A stretch of DNA of 64,000 bases from Terracidiphilus sp. (lineage in GTDB: Bacteria; Acidobacteriota; Terriglobia; Terriglobales; Acidobacteriaceae), in NCBI GenBank assembly GCA_035262585.1, contig DATFSO010000150.1, positions 2,760 through 66,759 of the forward strand, given 5' to 3'. Made by a program: the position numbers and the translations under genes. Positions 26,090 through 37,112 of the stretch are shown here, piece by piece (position 1 is the first letter of the stretch; every line of letters starts with the position of its first letter). Under the pieces are notes generated by a model. It did not search any database. It was given only the letters and a program-made list of their open reading frames with translations, and was not told the DNA's origin.

Positions 26090-26251
26090 CGGAAGCTCAC
26101 CAAAGGGCGTAGAAGACGAAGCCGGCGTGAAATGGCGGCACGGACTGGCTGCGAAATTTCGGCTACAGACGTTGACGCTCGGCTGAGTTGAACTGAACTG
26201 GAAGCTGGGGTCCCCAGCGACGGGTTTTGGTCGCGTCGAAGGAGGTAACAT

Positions 26252-26734
26252 ATGGCACTCGCGAGTTTGAAGGATTGCCTGGATCGCGAAAACGTCAAGT
26301 ACGTGGTTATCACTCACTCACCCGCATACACCGCACAAGGCATCGCAGGACTTGCGCACATTCCCGGTCAGGAACTGGCGAAGACGGTGATCGTAAAGCT
26401 CGATGGGAGGTTGGCCATGGCTGTTCTTCCAGCGAAATATCACGTCGACCTCTTGCACCTGAAGGAGCGGGCAGGGGCCAGGGCTGCTGCGCTGGCGACA
26501 GAAGACGATTTTCAGGGCGTGTTTCCTGGATGCGAAACCGGCGCGATGCCTCCTTTTGGCAATCTCTTCGGGCTTTCCGTTTATGCCGATGTCAATCTCG
26601 AAAGGGATAGGGAGATTGCATTCAACGCCGGAACGCACCGCGAACTGATTCGCATGTCCTGGGAAGATTTCAAGAGGCTGGCCAATCCCAAGGTCATCAG
26701 TTTCGCCGCCGGCCGCTCGGCTGAAGCTGCTTAG
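26252..26734 (+). CDS. YbaK/EbsC/ProX-family aminoacyl-tRNA deacylase
   Basis: AGGAGGT RBS; LAKTVIV, GAMPPFG, FNAGTH. Confidence 0.9.
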   Translation: MALASLKDCLDRENVKYVVITHSPAYTAQGIAGLAHIPGQELAKTVIVKLDGRLAMAVLPAKYHVDLLHLKERAGARAAALATEDDFQGVFPGCETGAMPPFGNLFGLSVYADVNLERDREIAFNAGTHRELIRMSWEDFKRLANPKVISFAAGRSAEAA

Positions 26735-26789
26735 GCGGGAACGAGAAGAAGTGACCAAAGACTAGGGATCAGGACTCAGAGGGGGCATC

Positions 26790-26984
26790 GTGGAAGCAGA
26801 GACACAGGGCAAGCACGCACAGAAGATTCGAATTGTGCAGAACAGCACATTCATGGGCAGCGCCTGGTTCGCCGCCTGGCTCTTCACCATCGGCTTTCTG
26901 CACCTGACATTTTGGAAAGGCGTCTTTGCCCTTGTCATCTGGCCCTACTACCTCGGCCTCCACTTCAGTTCTGCGATACGTTAG
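26790..26984 (+). CDS. Small 64-aa membrane protein
   Basis: GAGGGGG RBS; aromatic-rich WFAAWLFTIGFLHLTFWKGVFALVIWPYYLG. Confidence 0.7.
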   Translation: MEAETQGKHAQKIRIVQNSTFMGSAWFAAWLFTIGFLHLTFWKGVFALVIWPYYLGLHFSSAIR

Positions 26985-27007
26985 ACGGCAAACCGGTGTT
27001 CGCGATG

Positions 27008-30000
27008 CTATGCCGTCGCCCGTTGTTGTTCGTGTCCGCCAAGCTTCACGCTGACGACCTTCGATACACCCGGCTCCTGCATCGTCACGCCGTAGATCAT
27101 GTCGGCGGCGTGCATCATTCGCTTCGAGTGCGTCACGATCAGAAACTGCGTTTCTGTGCTCAGGGTCCGCAGCAGATCGGCCAGGCGACCCACGTTTGTC
27201 TCGTCCAGCGCCGCATCCACTTCGTCGAGCACACAGAACGGACTCGGCTGGAACTGGAAGATGCCGACAAGCAGGGAAATAGCCGTCAGAGCCTTTTCTC
27301 CGCCCGAAAGCAGCAGCACGTTCTGTAATTTCTTGCCTGGAGGCGAGGCGACGATCTCCAGCCCACTCTCCGCCTGGTTCTCCGCATCGGTGAGCCGCAG
27401 AAACGCCTGCCCGCCGTGGAAGAGCCTCGTGAACACGCGCCCGAAGTTCTCGTTGATCCTCGTGAATGCCTCGTCGAACTTCTCGCGCGAAATCTGGTCG
27501 ATCTCCTTGATCGTCTCCTGGGTGTTTTCGATCGACTCGATCAGATCCTTGCGCTGCGTCTCGAGGAAGGCATGTCGCTCTGCCGTCTCCTTGTACTCGT
27601 CGAGAGCCATCATGTTCACGGGGCCCATCTGTTCGAGCTTCTGTTTCAAGGTTCGGCAGGTATCCTCTTCTGTCGCCAGCGGCTCATCGGCAATACGAAC
27701 AATCTCCTGGTCCGCACGCAGTAGCGAAGCCTCGACGTTTACCTCTGTCAGGCAGCTGCCTTCCAGGTGTTCCAGGTCCGACTTCAATTTGGCTGTCTGG
27801 CTCGCTCTGCCGCTGCGATTCTCGCGTAATTGATCCAGGGCTGCACGGGCCGTCTTCAGCTCCGTTTCCATTGTAGCCAGCTGATGACGAATCTCTTGTG
27901 CCTGCGCCGCGATCGTCTCGGCCTGCGCCAGTGCCTCGGTTCTCAATGCACTCAGCTGTTGCTCGCGCTGCGCCAGTTCCGCGGTTTCCTTGATGCGCTG
28001 CTCGCGCTCCGTCTCTGCCGATGCGCGCTGCTGCTCAATTGCCTGCACCCGCCTCTCCAGGTCGGCGTACAGCCGGTCGATGCGCTGGAAGGCTGCCTCA
28101 GCGCCGCGCCGCCGCTCTTCGAGGCCGGCAAGTTCGGCCGTCAGCTTTGCCGCCTCCTGCTGCAGCGTCTCACGCGCCTGGCGCATTGTCGCGAGCTGGC
28201 CCTGCTGTTCATCGACCGCGGCTTCGGCCGCCGCGTGCTCAGCTTCCAGGCGCACAGCCTCTTCGCGCTTCTGCTCGATGACCGAGCGCTTGGCTTCACG
28301 CGTTTCCTTGTTTCGCGCAGCCTGCGTCATCCACTCCTGCAGCCGCCGTTCGATGCGTTGCGCTTCGCTCTCCATCTGCCTAAGCGCCGCACCCTGGTTT
28401 GCCGCATCGCGCTCTGCCTGCCGGCGCTCTTCGCTGCGTGTCTCGAGCAACGCCGTCAGCTCCTCGATCTGCCGCGTTAGTGTAGCCGCTTCCAACTCGG
28501 CCTGGCCGAGATCGCGTTCGAATCCAGCCAGTCGCATCTCCGTCTCGCGCAGCTCGCGCTTCAGCGCCAGCGGACCGGCACTCGCAGGCTTGCCGCCCGT
28601 CACTGTCGCATTGTGGAAGCACTCGCCCTCCGGCGTCAGAAAGTACGCATGGGTATGCTCGTTCGCCATGGTCTGCGCCAGGGCTGCGGTCTCCACGAGA
28701 TATCCGTCACGCAATTTCGGCAGAATTGTCTCCAGCGAATGACCGAAGCCGTTCAGCAGCCGTACCTGTTCGCGCAGGGGAGTCACGCCGGGGGCGTCGA
28801 TCTTCTCGGTGTATCCGCTCGACCCGTGTCCGCCCCCATTTTCCGGATGAATCAGGAACGTCGCACGACCATCGACGCTTGTCTTGAGCACGCGCACGCC
28901 TTCTTCCGCGGCGTGCCAGCTCTTGACCACGACGTAATTCAACTCATCGCGCAGGAACTCATCGACCACGCCCTCGTGCTCGCCGCTTACCTCGATGAAA
29001 TCTGCAAGTGTGCCCACCGGGGTCGATCCGTTTTGCAGTGCTCCGGGCCTAAGCAGCTTCCGAACTGTTTCAGTAGAGTAACTGTGATCCCGAATCAGTG
29101 ACACGAGCGAGTCTCTCCGGCCCGTGGCTGTCGCTTTCTCACTGCGCAATTGGTTCGCCCGCGCCCGCACAGAGCCTTCTTCGGAACGGCGTGCCTGCAG
29201 CTGCGCGCGGAGCTCCACGATCTCTTGCTCCAGCCGCTTCAGCGTCTCTGCCGCGGACTCGAACCTCAACCGTGCCTGCCCGCTCTGCACGCCCAGGTTT
29301 TCCTGCTCGTTGCGAGCTTGGTTCATCTCAGCTTCAAGCCGGTCAGCCTCGCGCTCGAGTGCCGCAAGACTCTCTTCGGCCTGAGCTGTGCTGTTCCGCG
29401 CATTGCCCGCAAGCGTCAACAGGTGCATCGCGTGACGGCGATCCGCTTCCAGCCTGCGCTCGGCGTTGAAGACCTCATTCGCGGCAGCTCGCGCTTCGTG
29501 CTGACGTGCCTCCACCTTCTCGTGGAACGCCTTTGCTTCGCTCGCGGCGGTCTCCAGAAACGCCCTCTGCTGTTGTCGCTCTTCGGCAATCGTGCCCAAC
29601 TGCGTCCGTGTCTGCTCCAGCTCGCCGGTCGCAGCCGCAAGGCGTGCCTCGAGATCGCTTACACGCTCCGCATTGCTGCGCTGCCGCGCCGCCGCGCGTT
29701 CCAGCTCAACGGCTGCCGAGTTCGCGCGATTCTGCGCATCCTGCCCCTGGCGATCAAGCTCGTAGCCACGCTCAGTGAGAGCATGCTGGCTTGCCTCGGC
29801 TGTTTCGATCTCCGCCGCGCTCGCCGCAATCTGCTCGCTGAGGGCAGCGATCTCCTGTTCGAGCCGTGCCTGCTCGGCATCCATCAGGGCCATGCGGCTT
29901 GCCAGCACTATGCGCAACCGTCCGCGCAGATCATCCCGAACCTGCGCAAACCGTTCGGCCTTCGATGCCTGTCGCTTCAGGCTGTTCATCTGCCGCGTGA

Positions 30001-30850
30001 CTTCCTCGAAGATGTCGTCGACGCGTGCCAGGTTTTGCTTTGCACTCTCGAGCCGCAGTTCTGCCAGCCGCTTCTTTGTCTTGAAGCGCGTAATTCCCGC
30101 GGCCTCTTCGATGATGGCGCGCCGGTCATGCGGCTTCGAGCTTAGCAGTTGGCCGATGCGTTCCTGCCCGATGATCGCGTAACTCTCCGGCCCCAGGCCC
30201 GTTCCCATAAAGATATCTTGGATATCGCGCAGCCGGCAGAGCTTTCCGTTCAGCAAATACTCGCTGTCGCCTGTCCGGAAGAGCCGCCGAGTAATCACAA
30301 CCTCGCCCTTCTGCGGCGTCCGGTTGAACTTTCTGCGACGAATCTTCAGCACAACCGGTTGCGGTCCGCTGGCTCCAGAATCAGCCGAGGCTTCCGGCGT
30401 AGCCTGGGGCTGTGCGCTCTCGGCCAGGTCATCTTCTTGCGCGACTCCCGGCTGCTCCGACGCGATAATCTCTTCGGCTTCGGCTGCCTTCTGGCGCCGG
30501 AGTTCTTCTTCATCCCAGTCCGCCGGCCCGTCGTGATCCACAGCGACCTCAGGCTCCACTGGGATGGGCCCCTCGTAGGCCTCCGGATCGACCATCGTGA
30601 GGGTCACCTCGGCCATGCCGAGCGGCTTGCGGTCGCGGGTCCCGGCAAAGATCACATCCGCCATGTGCGTTCCGCGCAGGCTCTTAGCACTCTGCTCGCC
30701 GAGTACCCAGCTCACCCCGTCGAGAATGTTCGACTTCCCGCACCCGTTAGGCCCCACGACAACAGCAATGCCTGTTCCCGGAACCGTCAGTTCCGTGCGG
30801 TCACAGAAGCTCTTGAAGCCGAGGATATGGATCTTTTTCAGTTTCAGCAT
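27008..30850 (-). CDS. smc: Chromosome segregation protein SMC
   Basis: GFKSF, GPNGCGKSN, long coiled coils, hinge TGG, LSGGEK, LDEVDAALD. Confidence 0.96.
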   Translation of the reverse strand: MLKLKKIHILGFKSFCDRTELTVPGTGIAVVVGPNGCGKSNILDGVSWVLGEQSAKSLRGTHMADVIFAGTRDRKPLGMAEVTLTMVDPEAYEGPIPVEPEVAVDHDGPADWDEEELRRQKAAEAEEIIASEQPGVAQEDDLAESAQPQATPEASADSGASGPQPVVLKIRRRKFNRTPQKGEVVITRRLFRTGDSEYLLNGKLCRLRDIQDIFMGTGLGPESYAIIGQERIGQLLSSKPHDRRAIIEEAAGITRFKTKKRLAELRLESAKQNLARVDDIFEEVTRQMNSLKRQASKAERFAQVRDDLRGRLRIVLASRMALMDAEQARLEQEIAALSEQIAASAAEIETAEASQHALTERGYELDRQGQDAQNRANSAAVELERAAARQRSNAERVSDLEARLAAATGELEQTRTQLGTIAEERQQQRAFLETAASEAKAFHEKVEARQHEARAAANEVFNAERRLEADRRHAMHLLTLAGNARNSTAQAEESLAALEREADRLEAEMNQARNEQENLGVQSGQARLRFESAAETLKRLEQEIVELRAQLQARRSEEGSVRARANQLRSEKATATGRRDSLVSLIRDHSYSTETVRKLLRPGALQNGSTPVGTLADFIEVSGEHEGVVDEFLRDELNYVVVKSWHAAEEGVRVLKTSVDGRATFLIHPENGGGHGSSGYTEKIDAPGVTPLREQVRLLNGFGHSLETILPKLRDGYLVETAALAQTMANEHTHAYFLTPEGECFHNATVTGGKPASAGPLALKRELRETEMRLAGFERDLGQAELEAATLTRQIEELTALLETRSEERRQAERDAANQGAALRQMESEAQRIERRLQEWMTQAARNKETREAKRSVIEQKREEAVRLEAEHAAAEAAVDEQQGQLATMRQARETLQQEAAKLTAELAGLEERRRGAEAAFQRIDRLYADLERRVQAIEQQRASAETEREQRIKETAELAQREQQLSALRTEALAQAETIAAQAQEIRHQLATMETELKTARAALDQLRENRSGRASQTAKLKSDLEHLEGSCLTEVNVEASLLRADQEIVRIADEPLATEEDTCRTLKQKLEQMGPVNMMALDEYKETAERHAFLETQRKDLIESIENTQETIKEIDQISREKFDEAFTRINENFGRVFTRLFHGGQAFLRLTDAENQAESGLEIVASPPGKKLQNVLLLSGGEKALTAISLLVGIFQFQPSPFCVLDEVDAALDETNVGRLADLLRTLSTETQFLIVTHSKRMMHAADMIYGVTMQEPGVSKVVSVKLGGHEQQRATA

Positions 30851-31003
30851 GCTCTCTCCGGATCAGCGGGATACGAACGGTTCACCGAAGTCAGCGTCGG
30901 GAGAGCCCGGCGCTGGCCTCACGCCTGAGGGGGAAATGTCCCTCTTCGATTACAGACTCTATGGACCCTGAAAGTCAGGGTCAATCTTACGAAGGGGTTC
31001 TTT

Positions 31004-31012
31004 TGTGGATAA
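31004..31012 (-). promoter_or_regulatory. DnaA box (TTATCCACA on the - strand)
   Basis: Perfect consensus 9-mer upstream of smc. Confidence 0.4.
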
Positions 31013-31091
31013 GGGGTGCCCGAATCCATCTTTTTCTATTTTCTTCGGCTTTCTTCGGAAATCCTAGGAGTTTTCTATAGTTTCAGTCAGT

Positions 31092-31100
31092 TTTTCCACA
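31092..31100 (+). promoter_or_regulatory. DnaA box TTTTCCACA
   Basis: Fits TTWTNCACA; opposite orientation to the box at 31004. Confidence 0.35.
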
Positions 31101-31240
31101 GCTTGAATTGCACGCAGAATTCAGCGAAATTTCACGCGAAAGGGGGCACAACCGACCCGGGATTCGAATCGAATCCTGGCGCATGCCAGGTCGTTCTTGG
31201 AGGGAAATGCTGAGCCCGAAAAGCAAGGTTTGGACCGGGT

Positions 31241-32152
31241 TCAGCGCAAATTCTTGTCAAGACCAATCGCGTTCCGGATGACCTTTTCGAGAGCGCGCAG
31301 CGCCCGCGGCCGGGGGAACCCGGGACGGCTCGCCAGCCGGATCGTCCGGCGAGACCTTCCCGCCAGGGGAAGGAGGACGATATCTCGTTGGCCCAGCGAA
31401 TTGGCCGCCAGAGCCGGAATCAGCGTCGCCCCATATCCAGCCGCCACGAGGTTCACGAGCGTCTCCAGCGTCGCGGCCTGCATCGCCCCCTGCATCGCGC
31501 CGCGGATGTGTGTATGGCCGTGCTTCGCCCCGCATGCCGCCAGCGCCTGGTTTGCCAGGCAATGCCCATCGGCCAGCACCAGCAATTCATCCGTGAGGTC
31601 GTGCTCATCCACCTTCCTCGATTTCGCAAGCCGGTGATTTCGCGGCAGCGCAGCCAGCAACGGCTCTTCAAACAGCACAATTTCCGTGATCTCCGGCGCA
31701 TCCGTCTCGGTCGCCAGGAGCGCTGCATCCAGCTTGTGGTTTCTCAGATTTTCGACGAGGGCTCGGGTCTGGTCCTCCCACAACTCGATCCTCAGCCCGG
31801 AATACGCCTGCTTCAGGGGCTTCAGAATCAGCGGCATCAGGTACGGCGCCAACGTCGGAATAACGCCGAGCTTCAGCGGCCCTACCAGCGGATCTCGTGC
31901 CGCCCGGGCGACTGCCTCCATCTGCGCCGCCTCCGCGAGCGCCCTCCGAGCGTGCTGCAGGATCTGACTGCCCACCGGCGTCAGCGCGACGCGCTTATTC
32001 GTACGTTCCAGCAGGGTTACACCAAGTTCCTCTTCGAGCTTTTTGATCTGGCTGCTTAGCGTGGGCTGGCTTACGTTGCAGGCCTCCGCCGCGCGGCCGA
32101 AGTGCCGCTGCTCCGCGATTGCAACGAGATAGCGTAGTTCTTGAAGATTCAT
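31241..32152 (-). CDS. oxyR: Hydrogen peroxide-inducible LysR regulator
   Basis: LysR HTH; DGHCLANQALAAC with the two redox cysteines 9 residues apart; divergent from katG. Confidence 0.9.
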   Translation of the reverse strand: MNLQELRYLVAIAEQRHFGRAAEACNVSQPTLSSQIKKLEEELGVTLLERTNKRVALTPVGSQILQHARRALAEAAQMEAVARAARDPLVGPLKLGVIPTLAPYLMPLILKPLKQAYSGLRIELWEDQTRALVENLRNHKLDAALLATETDAPEITEIVLFEEPLLAALPRNHRLAKSRKVDEHDLTDELLVLADGHCLANQALAACGAKHGHTHIRGAMQGAMQAATLETLVNLVAAGYGATLIPALAANSLGQRDIVLLPLAGRSRRTIRLASRPGFPRPRALRALEKVIRNAIGLDKNLR

Positions 32153-32166
32153 TTTTCAGACATTTC

Positions 32167-32230
32167 GAAGTTCACAGTTCGTAGTTCGAAGTTGAATGCA
32201 AAAACTGTGAACTGCGAACTAAGAACTTCC
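32167..32230. repeat. Inverted heptamer arrays (AGTTCNN)x4 ... (AACTNNN)x4
   Basis: agttcac agttcgt agttcga agttgaa / aactgtg aactgcg aactaag aacttcc. Confidence 0.75.
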
Positions 32231-32234
32231 CATC

Positions 32235-34635
<2,401 letters not shown>

Positions 34636-34655
34636 TGCAATTCCATCGCTGATCG

Positions 34656-34700
34656 AGAGTCCGGACCCGCGAACAGATCTTCGTTCGCAGAGTCCGGACC
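34656..34700. terminator. Hairpin flanked by a 12-bp direct repeat between convergent genes
   Basis: AGAGTCCGGACC at 34656 and 34689 flanks GCGAAC-N8-GTTCGC. Confidence 0.45.
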
Positions 34701-34706
34701 GCTCGC

Positions 34707-35594
34707 TTACTTCACCAGCTCAATCTCAATTTTTCGCAGAATCATGTGTGGCTTCGCTCGATCGCATTGAGCCAGCGCCTCATCCTTGCACGTTCGCTCG
34801 ACTGTCTTCACGAGGTTGTTGATCGTGGCCGACAGAATTTTCCCGTCAGCGAGGCTCACCGTCATCAGCACATCGAAGGTCTCTTGACCCACTGCGGCCA
34901 CGTAGCTGCCGTCTGTCTGCTTCGTCACCCCCACCCAGTTGTTCGGCAAGGCGCTCACCGGCGTCTGCATCCACTCTGCTGGGAGCTTCACTGCAGTCTT
35001 CTCCGGCGGTACATGCTTAACCTGCAGCACCGCCGTTCCAGCAGCTGCGTCCGCTGACTTCAGCGTCATATCGAAGTCAATGGCTGATTGCCCAAGAATC
35101 ACACGTGTTCCATCGGCCCACGACGACGCCGGCATGGGGTTGTGGAAGTAGAAATGATCGCCCGCCTTCTTCAACTGCCCCAGCTTGTTTGCCAGCCAGA
35201 GGTCAGCGTAGAACGTCATGAAGTCGGTGATTGGCCCGATCAACTTCGGGTCCACCTTCGTCAAATCCGGCGGCGCGGGGATTGTGTTCGGGTCGAGCGT
35301 GATCCGCTGTCGAAACTCCGCCATATCTGCCCGCAGCGGTATCGGCTGCCCACCCGACTGCATCTTCGACCATTGGTACTCCTCGGTGAATTTACCGCTT
35401 GCGTCCTGCGTCACCGTGCCGTCCGCGCGGATGGTATACTCCCACGACTCATTCACGGCGTGCATCTGGTACGCCAGCGTTTCCCCCGGGCGATATTGCC
35501 GGTGAAGTGGGTTCTGACTTACCGAAGGGCTCTGCCCACCGGCCAGAACAGGGCAGCTAATTACCAGAAGACAGACTGCAATCTTTGCCGTCAT
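34707..35594 (-). CDS. Hypothetical exported protein
   Basis: AGGAG RBS, signal peptide, 295 aa, natural composition. Confidence 0.8.
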   Translation of the reverse strand: MTAKIAVCLLVISCPVLAGGQSPSVSQNPLHRQYRPGETLAYQMHAVNESWEYTIRADGTVTQDASGKFTEEYQWSKMQSGGQPIPLRADMAEFRQRITLDPNTIPAPPDLTKVDPKLIGPITDFMTFYADLWLANKLGQLKKAGDHFYFHNPMPASSWADGTRVILGQSAIDFDMTLKSADAAAGTAVLQVKHVPPEKTAVKLPAEWMQTPVSALPNNWVGVTKQTDGSYVAAVGQETFDVLMTVSLADGKILSATINNLVKTVERTCKDEALAQCDRAKPHMILRKIEIELVK

Positions 35595-35651
35595 CTTTAG
35601 GCTCCTTTGTTCCTGCTGATAGTGTTGTTCCCGCCCAACCGGGCCCTTCGT

Positions 35652-35924
35652 TCAATGCGCTGTTGCGTGAACTCTGGCAGGAATCGGCACAGCTGCCTTG
35701 CGCGCTCCGAACAGCAGCACAAGCAGGGCGGCGTATGCGAACCCGTCCGCAGTTATCTCCAGCCCGTGCGCCACCCGCAGCACCATCGGCAGTAGGACCG
35801 AAACACGGACATTCGAAGGGGGAGCACCAAATTGTAGATGCAGCAACCCGCTTACGACGCCGCTGCCCAACGGCGCAGCGGCAAAAGCAACCCAGCATGC
35901 AATCAGCCTCAAGAGGTCTTTCAT
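35652..35924 (-). CDS. Short hydrophobic ORF coupled to PadR (possibly a deletion remnant)
   Basis: ATGA overlap with the PadR stop; 90 aa, mostly hydrophobic. Confidence 0.5.
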   Translation of the reverse strand: MKDLLRLIACWVAFAAAPLGSGVVSGLLHLQFGAPPSNVRVSVLLPMVLRVAHGLEITADGFAYAALLVLLFGARKAAVPIPARVHATAH

Positions 35925-36502
35925 TGTGCATCCTCCATAAGCTGGGCGCGAACTCTCCGAGCCCAGCTGACTTGCGTCTCCATGCCTTCGATCCCCGCCT
36001 CGAAGGCCAGGAGGCCGGTGTGAATCGGAACGCGTCCAGGCATCGCCTTCGCGATCAGGTCGCGCATCTGCTGCCATTTGGTGCGGCTCTCGGCCGCGTA
36101 AAGGGCCAGTTCCCGGGCAAACTGGCCGAGAAATTGAATGGTGATCGAACGAGGAACATTCCCATCCATAAACGCGAAGCGGAGCATCAGCTCCGTCTGC
36201 CGCATCCGCATGTCTTCGGCGCTGACGGGCTGATCCAGCCAGGCAATCAGCGTCTTTTTTCCGGCATCGGTTAGCCGGTAATCCTGACGGCGGCGCGGGT
36301 CAGCCGGGCTGGTCTTCCCGGTTGTCGACTCAATCCATCCGCGGGCTTCAATTCGGCGCAGCGCCGGGTAGATGGATCCCGGACTGTCGCTGTAGTGGCG
36401 CAGCGCCGTGGTCGCAAAGGTCTTGCGCAGGTCGTAGCCGGACTGAGGCTTCTGAGCAACCAGGCCGAGCAGCGCCATTTCGAGCGTAGAGCGTGATCTC
36501 AT
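35921..36502 (-). CDS. PadR-family regulator with C-terminal Vir_act-type helices
   Basis: SGYDLRK, SPGSIYPALRRIE..GW, YRLTDAG. Confidence 0.92.
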   Translation of the reverse strand: MRSRSTLEMALLGLVAQKPQSGYDLRKTFATTALRHYSDSPGSIYPALRRIEARGWIESTTGKTSPADPRRRQDYRLTDAGKKTLIAWLDQPVSAEDMRMRQTELMLRFAFMDGNVPRSITIQFLGQFARELALYAAESRTKWQQMRDLIAKAMPGRVPIHTGLLAFEAGIEGMETQVSWARRVRAQLMEDAQ

Positions 36503-36543
36503 AGTACGAACCGTACTATAGTACGTATCGTACTATATGTCAA
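36501..36543 (-). promoter_or_regulatory. Promoter TTGACA-17-TATAGT overlaid by two perfect ATAGTACG-N3-CGTACTAT palindromes
   Basis: Palindromes at 36501-36519 and 36518-36536; -35 at 36543-36538; -10 at 36520-36515. Confidence 0.8.
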
Positions 36544-36633
36544 CCATGCGTCTTTGCGCGCGGGTCCTTCGGTATGGCCTTGGTCACCATTCTTTGGATT
36601 TCCGCATCGAACGTCAGACTGTGAGGTGTGCCC

Positions 36634-37056
36634 ATGGGCGGTTTTCTGAATACAGTTGAGTCGATGGCGATGGGTAATTCCGCTGACCTGCACTCCAAGG
36701 TTGCCGGAGGTCTGATGGAAGAACTTCAGCAGAGTCCCGGGGGGATTGGCGGACTGATCCAATCGTTCCAACGCAATGGAATGGGCAGCATGGTACAGCA
36801 GTGGTCCCAGGGTCAAACCCAGCCACCTAACCCGAGCGCAATCGAAAACGGGCTCGGCGGAACCGGAATTATCGATAGCGTTGCCCAGCGCACAGGCCTT
36901 TCTCCGGGCATGGTTCGCGGGGGCCTTGCGGTGATTGTTCCGCTGCTGATGCATCACATGATCTCGAATAATCATGTGAGCCCTACGGGACAGCCTCTCG
37001 GAACGCAACCTGAGTCAGGCAGCGTCCTGCAATCTGTGCTGAGTCGAATCCTTTGA
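36634..37056 (+). CDS. YidB/DUF937-like protein
   Basis: GGIGGLIQSFQRNGMGSMVQQW pattern. Confidence 0.75.
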   Translation: MGGFLNTVESMAMGNSADLHSKVAGGLMEELQQSPGGIGGLIQSFQRNGMGSMVQQWSQGQTQPPNPSAIENGLGGTGIIDSVAQRTGLSPGMVRGGLAVIVPLLMHHMISNNHVSPTGQPLGTQPESGSVLQSVLSRIL

Positions 37057-37057
37057 G

Positions 37058-37112
37058 CAGGGGTCAGGGTTCAGGGGCGAACTATGAACTCTTAACTCTC
37101 TTGAACTCGAAC
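37058..37112. repeat. CAGGG(G/T)N and GAACTNN heptamers between convergent genes, overlapping the CBM gene's 3' end
   Basis: caggggt cagggtt caggggc gaactat gaactct taactct. Confidence 0.65.

Noticed and set aside
31150-31195. CCCGGGATTCGAATC resembling a tRNA T-arm remnant
   Set aside because: No acceptor, D or anticodon arms; it is a simple GGATTCG/CGAATCC palindrome.
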